In this document: positions 8,436 through 21,455 of the stretch, one piece after another
Layout: each line of letters starts with the position of its first letter
How positions within the stretch are numbered: position 1 is the stretch's first letter
NCBI GenBank assembly: GCA_016190155.1
Contig: JACPRB010000064.1
Location: 1-47,822 of the forward strand
Source of the DNA: Planctomycetota bacterium
GTDB lineage: Bacteria; Planctomycetota; MHYJ01; JACPRB01
DNA length: 47,822 nucleotides
Reading direction: 5' to 3'
Position numbers and translations under genes: made by a program
Notes under the pieces: generated by a model
The model's input: the letters and a program-made list of their open reading frames with translations, nothing else
Told to the model about the DNA's origin: nothing
Database searches by the model: none

Positions 8436-10027
8436 GGCAGCTCGGGCTCCTCCGCTTTGGCGAAGTCGTAGGCCTCCTCCGTCACGACGGGTGTCTCGCG
8501 GAAATTGTCCTCGGGCGGCGGCGACGACGTGCGCCACTCCAGGCCCGTCGCCCCCCAGGGGTTGTCGCCGATCTTCTTTCGGGCGAAGAGCGAACCGATG
8601 AAGTAGAACATCGGGAAGATGTATCCCACCCCGAGGATCGAGGCCCCGGCCGTCGATAGAACGTTCAAGACCTGGAACTCCTCCGGATACGCGTGGTAAC
8701 GGCGCGGCATCCCCAGATAGCCCAGGATGAACTGCGGGAAGAACGTGAGATTGAAGCCGATGAAGATGATGAGCGCCGAGAGCTTGCCCCACGCTTCCGG
8801 ATAGCTCCGTCCCGTCATCTTCGGCCACCAGTAGTGAAGCGCGCCCATGTAGGCCATGACGGTGCCGCCGACCATGATGTAATGGAAGTGCGCCACGACG
8901 AAATACGTGTCGGTGACGTGAACGTCGATACCGAGCGTGGCCAGGAAGAGGCCGGTGAGTCCGCCGATCGTGAAGAGCCCCATGAAGCCGATGGCGTAGA
9001 GCATCGGTGTTCGGAGGGAGATCGAGCCTCTGTAGAGCGTGGCGGTCCAGTTGAGGACCTTGATCGACGAGGGGATGGCCACGAGGAAGCTCAGGATCGA
9101 GAAGATCATCCCCGCGTACATGGACTGACCGCTGACGAACATGTGATGGCCCCAGACGAGGAACCCCAAGATCGCGATGGCCAGGCTGGAACCCGCGACG
9201 AACCCGTACCCGAAGATGCGCTTGCGGGAGAACGTGGCGACCAGTTCGCTCACGACGCCGAGCGCGGGGAGAACCATGATGTAGACCGCGGGGTGGGAAT
9301 AAAACCAGAAGAGGTGCTGAAAGAGCAGCGGATCTCCGCCGAGCGCGGGATCGAAGATGCCGACCGACAGGAGTCGTTCGATCGCGATGAGCGCCAGCGT
9401 GATGCCGATGACGGGTGTAGCGATCACGAAGAGCAGCGCGGTGGCGTAGGTGGACCAGATGAACAGCGGCAGGCGCGACCACGTCAGCCCCGGCGCGCGC
9501 ATCTTGTGGATCGTCACGACGAAGTTCAGTCCCGTCAGGATGGACGAGAAGCCCGCGACGAAGATCGCTGCCGCCATCAGAAAGACGTGCGTGTTGGCGT
9601 AGGTGGTCGAGTACGGCGTGTAGAAGGTCCAGCCGGTGTCGACGCCGCCGAAGATGATGGAGCCGAGGGCGAGGAGGCCGGCGGCCGTGAAGAGGTACCA
9701 GCTGGCGAGGTTCAGGCGTGGGAACGCCAGGTCGCGCGCGCCGATCATGAGAGGCACCAAGAAGTTCCCGATCACGGTGGGGATGGCCGGAATGAGGAAG
9801 AAGAAGATCATCGCCACGCCGTGCATCGTGAAGAGCTTGTTGTAGGTCTCGGAGATGACGAGATCGCCGGCGGGCGTCATGAGCTCCAAGCGCACGAGCG
9901 TCGCGAAGGCCCCCCCGATGAAGAAGAAGAACGTGACGGAGAGGAGATAGAGGATGGCGATCCGCTTGTGGTCCCGGGTCAGGAGCCACGAGCCGACGCT
10001 GTATCCGGCGTTGAGATAATGCTTCAT
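8432..10027 (-). CDS. ctaD: Cytochrome c oxidase subunit I (heme-copper oxidase)
   Basis: ORF track 8432..10375. ATG 10027 ([27 protein letters not shown]) forms an ATGA overlap with the ctaC stop. Canonical motifs [37 protein letters not shown]. Confidence 0.95.
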   Translation of the reverse strand: MKHYLNAGYSVGSWLLTRDHKRIAILYLLSVTFFFFIGGAFATLVRLELMTPAGDLVISETYNKLFTMHGVAMIFFFLIPAIPTVIGNFLVPLMIGARDLAFPRLNLASWYLFTAAGLLALGSIIFGGVDTGWTFYTPYSTTYANTHVFLMAAAIFVAGFSSILTGLNFVVTIHKMRAPGLTWSRLPLFIWSTYATALLFVIATPVIGITLALIAIERLLSVGIFDPALGGDPLLFQHLFWFYSHPAVYIMVLPALGVVSELVATFSRKRIFGYGFVAGSSLAIAILGFLVWGHHMFVSGQSMYAGMIFSILSFLVAIPSSIKVLNWTATLYRGSISLRTPMLYAIGFMGLFTIGGLTGLFLATLGIDVHVTDTYFVVAHFHYIMVGGTVMAYMGALHYWWPKMTGRSYPEAWGKLSALIIFIGFNLTFFPQFILGYLGMPRRYHAYPEEFQVLNVLSTAGASILGVGYIFPMFYFIGSLFARKKIGDNPWGATGLEWRTSSPPPEDNFRETPVVTEEAYDFAKAEEPELP

Positions 10028-11091
10028 GACTGCGACTTGAGATAGGCCAGGAGCTGCAAGAGTTGTTCCTCGGAGACCCGGCTTTGGAAGGTAGGCATGA
10101 TGGGCTCGTAGCCCTCCACGATCTTGGCGGCCGGATCGAGGATCGATTCCCGCAGGTAGGCGTCGTCGACCGTCACCGTCGATCCGTCGCGCAGGCGCAC
10201 CGTGCGGCCGAAGAGTCCCACGAGATTCGGACATCGGGCGCTGGGCTGGGGGTTGTGGCACGTGGCGCATCCCAGGCTTTGGAAGAGCTTGAGGCCTTGC
10301 GCCACGGGTGATTCTCCGCTGAGGCGAGTGTCGAGCCATCGCTGGAAATGGCGCGGCTCCAACACCACGATCCAACCGGTCATGCGGGAATGCCCCGTGC
10401 CGCAGTACTCGGCGCAGAAGAGATGGTATTGGCCGGGGCGGGTCGCCTCAAACCAGAGCGCGGTCGTGCGTCCTGGCACGGCGTCCTGTTTGACGCGGAA
10501 GGCGGGCAGGAAGAAGCTGTGGATCACGTCCTCCGAGGAGAGCAGCAGCTTCACCGGCCGTCCGACCGGAACGTGAAGCTCGTTCACTTCGCGCTGCCCG
10601 GTCGGGTGCTGGATCTTCCACATCCACTGTTTGCCCACGACCTGGATCTCGAGCGCGTTGGGGGGCGCGCGTTGCAAGTCGTAGTAGACCCGGGCCCCCC
10701 AGACGAACATCGCCATGAACAGGACGAACATGACCGCGATCCAGCCGATCTCGAGCCATCGCGTCGTCGGCGCAGCCGGAAGGTGCGCGGCTCCCGCGCG
10801 GCGGCGGTACTTGACGGAGAAAGTGATGACGAGCACGGCGAGGGCAAGGCCGATCAGCGCGGAAGTGCCCAGGAGGAAGAAATAGAGGGCGTCTACGGAG
10901 GGGGCCATCGTGGAGGCTTGGTCCGGGAACAGACGGAGCTCAGCTTGTCTAGGGTGGAGGGCGCGGACGAACCCATAGGAAAGACTCACCGCAGAGTGCG
11001 CGGAGAAGACGCGGAGTTCTTCTGAGAAGCTCTCTGCATTTTCCTTTGCGCCCTCAGCGAGCTCTGCGTTGAATTCGACGGCGTTCTCCAT
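10024..11091 (-). CDS. ctaC: Cytochrome c oxidase subunit II with fused C-terminal cytochrome c domain (caa3-type)
   Basis: ORF track 10024..11388. CuA site [14 protein letters not shown] and C-terminal heme c motif CATCH. The conserved N-terminal [19 protein letters not shown] block begins about 55 aa after ATG 11091, so the start is uncertain (ATG 11091 with a TGATG junction to SCO, or GTG 10989). Confidence 0.88.
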   Translation of the reverse strand: MENAVEFNAELAEGAKENAESFSEELRVFSAHSAVSLSYGFVRALHPRQAELRLFPDQASTMAPSVDALYFFLLGTSALIGLALAVLVITFSVKYRRRAGAAHLPAAPTTRWLEIGWIAVMFVLFMAMFVWGARVYYDLQRAPPNALEIQVVGKQWMWKIQHPTGQREVNELHVPVGRPVKLLLSSEDVIHSFFLPAFRVKQDAVPGRTTALWFEATRPGQYHLFCAEYCGTGHSRMTGWIVVLEPRHFQRWLDTRLSGESPVAQGLKLFQSLGCATCHNPQPSARCPNLVGLFGRTVRLRDGSTVTVDDAYLRESILDPAAKIVEGYEPIMPTFQSRVSEEQLLQLLAYLKSQS

Positions 11092-11948
11092 CACGCCCTC
11101 TTCCTTCTCTCCCGGCGGATCATGATGAAGATGTAGGCACCCAACACGCACACGGTGAGCACTCCCGCCGCCCGCAGCACGGTCAGGATCGTCATGCTGT
11201 ACCGTCCACGGGACGGATCGTACTGCAGACACAAGAGCAGCAGCTGGTCCACGGCCGAACCGATCTTGCCGTCGGCCGCCTCGACCAATCCCAGTCGCAG
11301 GTCGCGCGCGGAGTACTCGACGCCATAGAAATAGCGGGCGATGCGGCCCTCCGGCGTCAGCACGACGATTCCGCTGGCGTGGGCCCATTGATCGGTGCGG
11401 GCATCATAGCGATAGCGGAAGCCGACGGACTCCGTGATCTCCCGGATGGCGGGTTCGTCGGCGGTAAAGAAACGCCATCCTTTGTCTCCGCCTTCACGCT
11501 CGTAGGCGCGCACGACTTCCGCCTTCTTGGCACGGGCGAGGTCGGGAGTCTCACGCGGGTCGAAGCTGACGGCCAGGACCTGGAAATCCTGGCCGGCATT
11601 CAAGGGGAGCGTCCTCAGCGCCCGCAGCGTCCCGTTGATCACGAGCGTGCAGAGCATCGGGCACTTGTAGTAAACGAGCGCCAGGATGGCGGGCTTGCCG
11701 TTCAGACAGGTGCCCAACGGAACGGGCGCGCCGGATTCGTCGCGCAGCACCGCGTCGAGCGGGACCTGCTCGCCGAGGCGCTGGTCGAAGGCGACACCGA
11801 TCGCTGGGTCCTGGGTGCGGAGGACGCAGAGGGGAACAGAGGATGTAGAGAAGACCCGAACCCGAACCCCAACACCAGAGGACGCTGAGGACGCAGAGAA
11901 GAGAAGCGGAAGAACCAGAAGGCATTGGATGACAGTATGACGCATCAT
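11091..11948 (-). CDS. SCO1/SenC family copper chaperone (cytochrome oxidase assembly)
   Basis: ORF track 11091..11981. Preferred start is ATG 11948 or 11945 (MMRHTVIQCLLVLPLLF signal). Thioredoxin-fold CxxxC (LVYYKCPMLCTLV). C-terminal TM helix. Confidence 0.8.
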   Translation of the reverse strand: MMRHTVIQCLLVLPLLFSASSASSGVGVRVRVFSTSSVPLCVLRTQDPAIGVAFDQRLGEQVPLDAVLRDESGAPVPLGTCLNGKPAILALVYYKCPMLCTLVINGTLRALRTLPLNAGQDFQVLAVSFDPRETPDLARAKKAEVVRAYEREGGDKGWRFFTADEPAIREITESVGFRYRYDARTDQWAHASGIVVLTPEGRIARYFYGVEYSARDLRLGLVEAADGKIGSAVDQLLLLCLQYDPSRGRYSMTILTVLRAAGVLTVCVLGAYIFIMIRRERRKRA

Positions 11949-11950
11949 GA

Positions 11951-12289
11951 TCAGTCCTCCGTGTTCTGCCGTAGCGGCCATCCGCGCTCAACCAGCAGAT
12001 CCATCGCGCGTTCGATAGGGATGCGTACCACGCCGGTCTCGCCGTCGACCCAATCGTAGGTCGAGAGAAGTCGCTCCTCGTCCTGGCGGATCCGACGGAC
12101 GTCGGGAAACCCGGCATCCCGTTGCACGCCTTCCCGGCGCGGCACTTGGATCGGGCCGAAGGAAGGCCGCTGGAAGAGCGACAGCAAGAGCCAGACGGCG
12201 ACGTGGATGACCACGGCGCTCGCCAAGAGAGCGACTCCGAAGAGCGCAACGGCGCGGACGCTCACGTCTCTCTTCTCATGATCGCGCAT
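11951..12289 (-). CDS. Small single-TM protein at the ACIII/oxidase junction (possibly ActG-like)
   Basis: 112-aa ORF with ATG 12289 overlapping the actF stop by 14 nt. One TM helix (AVALFGVALLASAVVIHVAVWLLLSLF). Position and coupling support that it is coding. The product name is a guess. Confidence 0.5.
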   Translation of the reverse strand: MRDHEKRDVSVRAVALFGVALLASAVVIHVAVWLLLSLFQRPSFGPIQVPRREGVQRDAGFPDVRRIRQDEERLLSTYDWVDGETGVVRIPIERAMDLLVERGWPLRQNTED

Positions 12290-13346
12290 AGGCCAGACGA
12301 CCCTTCAAATGCCTCAGAAACAAGGCGATCCACAAGGCGCCCATGCCCAAGAGCGCCAAGACGTCAAGTCCGTGAATGACGGGGCGGTCGGGCTGGAACG
12401 CGGGCACGACCAGCCAGAAGATGTCCACCGCGCGGGCCAGCAGGAGAACGGCGGCGACGACGGCCAGCCATCCGGCTTGCTCCTTGACGCGGCGCGACAG
12501 GAGCACGAAGAAAGGGATCGCGAAATGGAGCCCCACCAGCGCCAGGGCGACCCACCGCCACGACGGTCCGGCGCGGCGAAGGTACCAAGAAATCTCTTCC
12601 GGCAGATTGCCGGACCAAATGATGAGCAACTGCGAGTAGGAGAGGTACGCCCAGAGCAGCACGAACATGAGCAAGAGATTGCCCAGGGCGCGAAAGTGGC
12701 TTGCGTTCACCTCGATCGGCAGCAGACGCGCGCGCGCCAAGAAGGCCAACGCCACGAGAGCGGCCGCGAAGGAAGACAACCCTTGCCCGGCGATGAAATG
12801 CAAGCCGATGATCGTCGACGTCCAGTGCGGCTCCAGGGACATCACCCAGTCGATCGACGCGAAGGTGATCGTGAGGCCGTAGAGGACGAGTCCAGGGGCG
12901 CTCACGAGAAGGTGCCGCCGGTCGAGCAGGCGAACGAGCGCGAACCATACGGCGAAGTAGACGGCGGTACGGACCAGGAAGAAGGGCACGTTCAGATACG
13001 GAGCTTTCTCCTGAACGGGGTCGCGTATCCACGGGTAGAGACGTTCCAGACCGAAGAGCAGCGGGACGAAGAGGAACGCGACGAGGGGCAAGGTCAGCAT
13101 CGCGGATTCGAAGACCGGTCGAGCGGCACGTCCCCAGGCGCCGTCGGCCAAATGGTGCAGCATCACCGCCGCCGCCGATCCGAGGGTGATGGCGAGCCAG
13201 AAGAGCCACGCGACGAGCCAGGACCGGAAGAACTGCGTCGGCGTCCACAGGAGGCCGACTCCGCAGGCCGCCAGCAACACGAAGCTCGCGCCGAGCATCC
13301 ACCGCTGCAGGCGATCCAGGGAGCGCCCCGGCGTCACGGTTTCCAT
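12276..13346 (-). CDS. actF: Alternative complex III subunit ActF (polytopic membrane subunit)
   Basis: 356-aa highly hydrophobic ORF directly after actE (13-nt overlap), in the canonical ActF position of actABCDEF clusters. Confidence 0.8.
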   Translation of the reverse strand: METVTPGRSLDRLQRWMLGASFVLLAACGVGLLWTPTQFFRSWLVAWLFWLAITLGSAAAVMLHHLADGAWGRAARPVFESAMLTLPLVAFLFVPLLFGLERLYPWIRDPVQEKAPYLNVPFFLVRTAVYFAVWFALVRLLDRRHLLVSAPGLVLYGLTITFASIDWVMSLEPHWTSTIIGLHFIAGQGLSSFAAALVALAFLARARLLPIEVNASHFRALGNLLLMFVLLWAYLSYSQLLIIWSGNLPEEISWYLRRAGPSWRWVALALVGLHFAIPFFVLLSRRVKEQAGWLAVVAAVLLLARAVDIFWLVVPAFQPDRPVIHGLDVLALLGMGALWIALFLRHLKGRLAYARS

Positions 13347-13903
13347 CGGAGCTTCTCCCGTTCCTGTGGCGGTACGTCGTCCAGAAGGGCGTGCTGGCTG
13401 AGTTGAAGGGCCCGTACGTAGGCCGCGATCCGCCAGCGATCGTGAGGCGGGACCTGGTGGGCGTAGCTGGGCATGGCCCCGAGTCCTTCGGTCATCACTT
13501 GAAAGAAGTGGCCGATGGGCGCTTGTCGGAGACGGTCGATATGAAACGAAGGCGGCGGCTGGTAGCCGCGCCGCACGACCATGCCCTGCCCGGCGCCCAC
13601 GAGATCATGGCAGGGCGCGCAAAAGACGGCGTAGCGTTCACGACCGCGCTCGAGATCGGCGCGAGTGATCTGGAAAGGAAAGGTGCCGGCGGGCGCTCCG
13701 TTCACGCGGCCTCGGAAGAGGTGTTCGTCGACGCGAAGATGGCCCCTTGCGACCGTGCCTTCGACGAGCGGGCGAGCGGCCTGGCCGTCTTCGAAGAACG
13801 CGCTCGCCTCCAGAGGATCGGCGCGCGGTTGATCCTCCATGTCGCGCTGATGGCAGCCGACGAGCGAGAAAAGCAAGCTAATGAGGCACTTCGAATATTT
13901 CAT
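13334..13903 (-). CDS. actE: Alternative complex III subunit ActE (monoheme cytochrome c lipoprotein)
   Basis: ORF track 13334..13948. ATG 13903 gives a lipoprotein signal (MKYSKCLISLLFSLVGC). A single CAPCH heme-binding motif. Confidence 0.85.
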   Translation of the reverse strand: MKYSKCLISLLFSLVGCHQRDMEDQPRADPLEASAFFEDGQAARPLVEGTVARGHLRVDEHLFRGRVNGAPAGTFPFQITRADLERGRERYAVFCAPCHDLVGAGQGMVVRRGYQPPPSFHIDRLRQAPIGHFFQVMTEGLGAMPSYAHQVPPHDRWRIAAYVRALQLSQHALLDDVPPQEREKLRWKP

Positions 13904-14414
13904 GAGGCTTGAGCGACTCCAGGAATCGACGCGTCTTGTCGGGATCAAAGGAGGGATCGGCGGCCTCGATGCACAGGAAGAAGCGGTCGCGCGAGGCCGA
14001 CTCGAAGCGAGGGACGTTGAAGAGCGGGTGGTACGGTTGCGGGAGGCCGTTGCACGCCAGCATGCTCAGCACCGCCGCGAAGGCCGCCGCCAGGATCGCG
14101 AGTTCGAACGAGACGACGATGAAGGCCGGCCAACTGTTGTAAGGTCGGCCGCCGACGTTGAGGGGGTAGCCGATGACGGACAGATACCATTGCAGGAAGA
14201 AGCCACCCGCCGCGCCGAACAGTCCGCCCGCCAGGACGATCCAAGGCAGCCGCGTGTGCCGAAACCCGAGGGCCTCGGAAAGGCCTTCGACGGGCATCGG
14301 CGAGAAGGCGTCCATCGTGCGATAGCCTTCCGCGCGCGCTTGACGCGCGGCCTTCAAGAGGCTCGCGGATGTGTCGAACTCCGCGAGGAGCCCGTAGATC
14401 GGCGGGAAGTTCAT
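13878..14414 (-). CDS. actD: Alternative complex III subunit ActD (DUF3341-type membrane protein)
   Basis: C-terminal 178 aa of ORF track 13878..14801, starting MNFPPIYGLLAEFDT at ATG 14414 (ATGA overlap with the actC stop). Two central TM helices. Confidence 0.85.
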   Translation of the reverse strand: MNFPPIYGLLAEFDTSASLLKAARQARAEGYRTMDAFSPMPVEGLSEALGFRHTRLPWIVLAGGLFGAAGGFFLQWYLSVIGYPLNVGGRPYNSWPAFIVVSFELAILAAAFAAVLSMLACNGLPQPYHPLFNVPRFESASRDRFFLCIEAADPSFDPDKTRRFLESLKPHEIFEVPH

Positions 14415-15740
14415 GTCTTGGGTTCCACAAGCGCGCGCACCTCGAACATCGAGATGAGCGGCAGGAAACGGATGAAGAGGAACAGGAGCGTAAAGAACAG
14501 GCCGATCGTCCCGGCGAACGTCGCCCAATCCCAGATCGTGGGGTAATACATGCCCCAAGACGACGGCAGAAAGTCGCGGTGCAGGCTGGTGAGCACGATG
14601 AAGAAGCGCTCCAGCCACATGCCGACCAGCACGAGGAGCGCGATCCCGAAGAGCGCCGGCACGTTTCGGCGCACGCGAGGGAACCACAAGGCCAGGATCG
14701 CCAAGCCGTTGCAGGCGATCGTCGCCCAGAACGCCGGCGCGTACGGCCCGATCATCCGGTTGATCATCATGAAGCGTTCCGCTTCGTTTCCGGAGTACCA
14801 CGCGAAGAACGCCTCCATGACGTAGCCGTAGTCGACGATGAGACCCGTGGCGAGCATGATCTTCGCCATGTTGTCCAAGTGACGCGGGGTGATGAGCCCT
14901 TCGAGGCCGTAGGCGGCGCGCAGCGGGATCGCCAGCACCAGCACCATCGCGAAGCCCGAGTAGATGGCGCCCGCGACGAAATAGGGCGGGAAGAGCGTGG
15001 TGTGCCAGCCGGGGAGGATCGAGGTGGCGAAGTCGAAGCTCACGACCGTGTGGACGGAGACGACGAGCGGCGTCGCCAATCCGGCCAGGAGCAGGTAGGC
15101 CGTATCATAGCGATGCCAGTGGATGGCGGAACCGCGCCAGCCCATCGCGAGGACGCCGTAGACGATCTTGGCGAGTTTCCTCTTGGCGCAGTCGCGGAAG
15201 GTGGCGAGGTCGGGCAGGAGCCCCACATACCAGAAGAGGAGCGACACGGTGAAGTACGTCGCGACGGCGAAGACGTCCCAGACGAGCGGGCTGCGGAACT
15301 GGGGCGGCACGCCGTGCAGGCTCGGGTACGGGAAAAGCCAGTAGAAGAATTTCGGGCGGCCCAGGTGGAGCAACGGGAAGACGGCCGCGCACAGCACCGC
15401 GAAGAGCGTCATCGCCTCGGCGAATCGGTTGATCGACTGACGCCACTTCTGCTGCATCAAGAGGAGGATGGCGGAGATGAGCGTGCCGGCGTGGCCGATG
15501 CCGATCCACCAGACGAAGTTGATGATGGCGAAGCCCCAGGCCACGGGGACGTTGACGCCCCAGATGCCGATGCCCGCGGCGAAGAGAGTGAGGACTGCGG
15601 TGAGGAAGGTCATCGTCAGCAGCAGCGCCACGGAGAAACCGATGATCCATCCGACGGGCGTGCGGCGGGTGAGGACGACGGAACTGATCTTGTCGGTGAC
15701 GGTGGCGACCGTGTAGGAAGGCTCGATGACGGGAGGCCCG

Positions 15741-15748
<8 letters not shown>
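14411..15748 (-). CDS. actC: Alternative complex III subunit ActC (NrfD/PsrC-like quinol-interacting membrane subunit)
   Basis: 445-aa polytopic membrane ORF. ATG 15748 overlaps the actB stop by 8 nt. NrfD-like helices throughout. Confidence 0.9.
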
Positions 15749-18436
<2,688 letters not shown>

Positions 18437-18440
<4 letters not shown>

Positions 18441-19087
18441 CGGTGGCACGTCGTGCAATCGGTGGACGGACGGACGTGGTAGCGTTCGACGAGCTCCCGT
18501 CCGATTCTCGGTTGGTCGAGGGGCGGTTCGTCGTCCATGCGGAATACGGCTTCGCGCGGCCGGATGAAACGTTCCGGTTGGCGGTGGCAGTCGAGGCACC
18601 ACTCCATGAAGAGAGACACGGTTTGCCACATCAGGGGCATTCGATCTACGGAGCCATGGCAGGTGGAGCAGCCGATGCCCTTTCGGAGGTGGATGCTGTG
18701 ATCGAAGGCGCAGAAGTCGGCCAGATCATAGACGCGGGTCCAGGCGATGGGGCGGCCGGTTTGCCAGCTTTGACGGACGGGCTCGAGCATCGGCGCGTCC
18801 GCCCAGATCTGGGTGTGACAGTTCATGCAGGTCTGCGTCGGCGGCAGGCCGGCGAAGGGGCTTTCTTCGACGGAGGTATGGCAGTAGCGGCAGTCGAGGC
18901 CGAGTTTGCCCGAGTGCAGCTCGTGCGTGAAGGGGACGGGTTGGTCGCGCGCGACGTTCGATCGGGTGAACCAGGCGGAGCGGGTGATCGCGCCGGTGAG
19001 CCACAGCGCGCCGATCGCGAGGAAGACCGCGCCGAAGATGCTGAAGCGGGCGAAGGGGTTGGCGGCCGGGTGGAAGATCTGGGCCAT
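18437..19087 (-). CDS. actA: Alternative complex III subunit ActA (pentaheme cytochrome c)
   Basis: 216 aa. N-terminal TM anchor and five CxxCH motifs (CRYCH, CMNCH, CSTCH, CLDCH, CTTCH). First gene of the cluster. Confidence 0.9.
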
Positions 19088-19102
19088 CGACGGGGCCTCT
19101 CT

Positions 19103-19151
19103 CCTACCGGCACTATAGGTTCAATATTTCTGGAAATCAAGGGCCGGTAGG
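19103..19151. promoter_or_regulatory. Perfect 9-bp inverted repeat flanking an AT-rich 31-nt spacer in the actA / receiver-gene divergent intergenic region
   Basis: CCTACCGGC (19103..19111) and GCCGGTAGG (19143..19151). The spacer actataggttcaatatttctggaaatcaagg is the most AT-rich stretch in this part of the window. A TAGAAT box lies at 19193..19198, just before the GTG at 19206. Confidence 0.4.
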
Positions 19152-19205
19152 CGGCGGCGCGATTCCTTAGCCCATTTTTTATGAATCCGTGCTAGAATAT
19201 TCCCG

Positions 19206-19580
19206 GTGGTGCGGGGCGCAAAACGTCAGGCGGCCGTCCTTCTGGTGGAAGACGACGACGATATCCGGGAGATCCTCGGTACGGTTCTGCGAGAGGAAGG
19301 CTACCGCGTCCTGGAAGCCGGCAACGGCCGCGAAGCGCTGGGCTTCCTGCGCGGCGGCGAACGGATCGGGTTGATCCTGCTCGATCTTCTGATGCCCGTC
19401 ATGAACGGCTGGGAGCTGCTGGCGGAGCAACAAGCCGACGAGGGCCTACGCGGCATCCCGGTGGTCACCATGACCGCCGGCGGCGAGGCGGCCCGCGCCT
19501 CCCCTCAAACGGAATGCTTGATGAAGCCGATCTCGCTCGATCGTGTCCTCGACGCGGTTCGCCGCAATTACCGTGGTTAG
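19206..19580 (+). CDS. Stand-alone response-regulator receiver (CheY-like) protein
   Basis: 124 aa, GTG start. Motifs AVLLVEDDDDIREIL, phospho-acceptor context LILLDLLMPVMNG, VVTMTA, MKPISLD. No output domain. Confidence 0.85.
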   Translation: MVRGAKRQAAVLLVEDDDDIREILGTVLREEGYRVLEAGNGREALGFLRGGERIGLILLDLLMPVMNGWELLAEQQADEGLRGIPVVTMTAGGEAARASPQTECLMKPISLDRVLDAVRRNYRG

Positions 19581-19665
19581 CCAGGTCTATTCACGAACAG
19601 AGGCGACGCTTCAACGGTGTGTCATCAATCTCGCCTGGGAGGTGAATAATCCCGGTTAGATCCCC

Positions 19666-19693
19666 TTGACTTCGCCGACGCCCCCGGCATAGT
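19666..19693 (+). promoter_or_regulatory. Putative sigma70-type promoter of the rfb-like operon
   Basis: TTGACT (19666..19671), a 16-nt spacer, then CATAGT (19688..19693). The rfbF ATG is at 19705, so the leader would be very short. Confidence 0.35.
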
Positions 19694-19704
19694 GTGCCGT
19701 ACCG

Positions 19705-20490
19705 ATGCAACTGCCCCGACAGGCGGTCATCCTGTGCGGCGGAATGGGGACCCGGCTGCGCGAGGAGACCGAATACAAGCCCAAGCCTCTCGTCGCCGTC
19801 GGCGACATGCCGATCCTGTGGCACATCATGAAGCACTACGCCCACTTCGGCGTGCGCGAGTTCATCCTGTGCCTCGGCTACAAGGGACACCTCATCAAGG
19901 AGTTCTTCCTCAACTACGAGTGGATGAGCAACGACTTCGCGCTGGAGCTGGGGCGCCAGCGTAACCGGATCATCAACCTCCAGCACCCGCCCGAGGATTG
20001 GCGAATCGTCTTCGCCGACACCGGGCTGCAGACCCCCACCGGCGGCCGCGTCCATAAGATCCGCAAGTACGTCACCGGCCCCGAGTTCTTCCTGACCTAC
20101 GGCGACGGCGTCTCCAACGTCGACCTGGCCGAACTCTACGAGAAGCACCGCCGGATGAAGTGCGTCGCCACCCTCACGGCCGTCCACCCGACGTCGCCCT
20201 TCGGCATCATCGAGGCGACCGACGGAGTCGCGCGCAGCTTCAAAGAAAAGCCGCGCCTGGAAGGCATCATCAACGGCGGCTTCTTCGTCTTCGGCCGGCG
20301 GATCTTCGATTACCTCAAAGACGACGCCGTGCTCGAAGAAGAGCCGCTGCGCGCCCTCGCCGCCGAGAGCCAGCTCGCCGTCTACGAACACCGCGACTTC
20401 TGGATGTGCATGGACACCTTCAAGGACGTGGAACGGCTCAACAAGATGTGGGCCGAAGGAAACCGACCTTGGGCCGCGTGGACGAAATGA
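19705..20490 (+). CDS. rfbF: Glucose-1-phosphate cytidylyltransferase
   Basis: 261 aa. AVILCGGMGTRLREETEYKPKPLVAVGDMPILWHIMKHYAHFGVREFILCLGYKGHLIKEFFLNY matches the RfbF/DdhA family closely. Confidence 0.9.
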   Translation: MQLPRQAVILCGGMGTRLREETEYKPKPLVAVGDMPILWHIMKHYAHFGVREFILCLGYKGHLIKEFFLNYEWMSNDFALELGRQRNRIINLQHPPEDWRIVFADTGLQTPTGGRVHKIRKYVTGPEFFLTYGDGVSNVDLAELYEKHRRMKCVATLTAVHPTSPFGIIEATDGVARSFKEKPRLEGIINGGFFVFGRRIFDYLKDDAVLEEEPLRALAAESQLAVYEHRDFWMCMDTFKDVERLNKMWAEGNRPWAAWTK

Positions 20491-21455
20491 AGAAGACGGC
20501 GAACGCTTTCTGGAACGGCCGGCGGGTCTTGGTGACGGGAGCCACCGGTATCCTCGGCGGATGGCTCACCAAGGCGCTCACGGACGCGGGCGCGGACCCG
20601 GCGATCCTCCAGCGCGATCACGTGCCGCATTCGAACTTCATGCGGCTCGGCCTCGACAAGCGCGTCTCGATCGTCCGCGGCGAGCTGGAATCCTATCGCG
20701 ACGTCGAGCGGGCGCTGGCGGAATATGAAATCGAGATCTGCTTTCACCTCGGCGCCCAGGCGATCGTGCCCGTCGCCAACCGCTCCCCCATGTCCACGTT
20801 CGAGTCGAACATCAAAGGCTCATGGAACGTGCTGGAGGCGGCGCGCCATACGAAGACGCTGCGGCGGCTCGTGTTCGCCTCGAGCGACAAGGCGTACGGC
20901 GACCTGCCGACCCTTCCCTACACGGAGGACATGCCGCTGCGCGGCTCGCACCCGTACGATTGCTCCAAGTCGTGCGCCGATCTCCTGGCTCAGTGCTACG
21001 CCGCCACCTACCGGCTGCCCGTGACCATCGTGCGATGCGGCAATCTCTACGGGGGCGGCGATCTCAACTGGAACCGGATCATCCCCGGCACCATCCGGTC
21101 CATTCTGCGCGAAGAGCGCCCGATCATCCGCAGCGACGGGACGCCGCTTCGCGATTACCTGTACGTGCAGGACGCCGTCAGCGCGTATCTCGCGTGCGGC
21201 GAGAAGGACGGCGCCGGCGAGGCGTTCAACTTCGGCACCGAGACGCCCACCTCCGTGCTCGACGTGGTGAAGACGGTCCTCAAGATCATGAGGAGCGATC
21301 TCAAGCCGGACGTCCGCAACGAGGCCTCCAACGAGATCGCCAAGCAATGGCTGTCGAGCGCGAAGGCCCGCGAGAAGCTCGGCTGGAAGCCCGCCTACGA
21401 CCTGGATCGGGGTCTCCGGGAGACCTGCGAGTGGTACCGGGAGTTCCTGGCGTGA
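20487..21455 (+). CDS. rfbG: CDP-glucose 4,6-dehydratase-like NAD-dependent SDR
   Basis: In ORF track 20160..21455. ATG 20487 (MKKTANAFWNGRRVLVTGATGILGGWL) forms an ATGA overlap with the rfbF stop. SDR catalytic YxxxK (HPYDCSK) and GNLYGGGDLNWNRIIP as in RfbG. Confidence 0.75.
   Translation: MKKTANAFWNGRRVLVTGATGILGGWLTKALTDAGADPAILQRDHVPHSNFMRLGLDKRVSIVRGELESYRDVERALAEYEIEICFHLGAQAIVPVANRSPMSTFESNIKGSWNVLEAARHTKTLRRLVFASSDKAYGDLPTLPYTEDMPLRGSHPYDCSKSCADLLAQCYAATYRLPVTIVRCGNLYGGGDLNWNRIIPGTIRSILREERPIIRSDGTPLRDYLYVQDAVSAYLACGEKDGAGEAFNFGTETPTSVLDVVKTVLKIMRSDLKPDVRNEASNEIAKQWLSSAKAREKLGWKPAYDLDRGLRETCEWYREFLA

Noticed and set aside
8436-9989. The N-terminal two-thirds of the 723-aa ORF 7818..9989, and similar 5' extensions of other track ORFs (1868..3595, 6037..7263, 7555..8121, 8432..10375, 10024..11388, 13878..14801, 15741..18629, 20160..21455, 20822..22795, 23595..25028, 29639..32095).
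   Set aside because: The extensions overlap the preceding gene out of frame and have shadow-frame composition. Internal starts give canonical N-termini (signal peptides, TAT motif, family-typical starts) and ATGA/GTGA coupling to the upstream stop.
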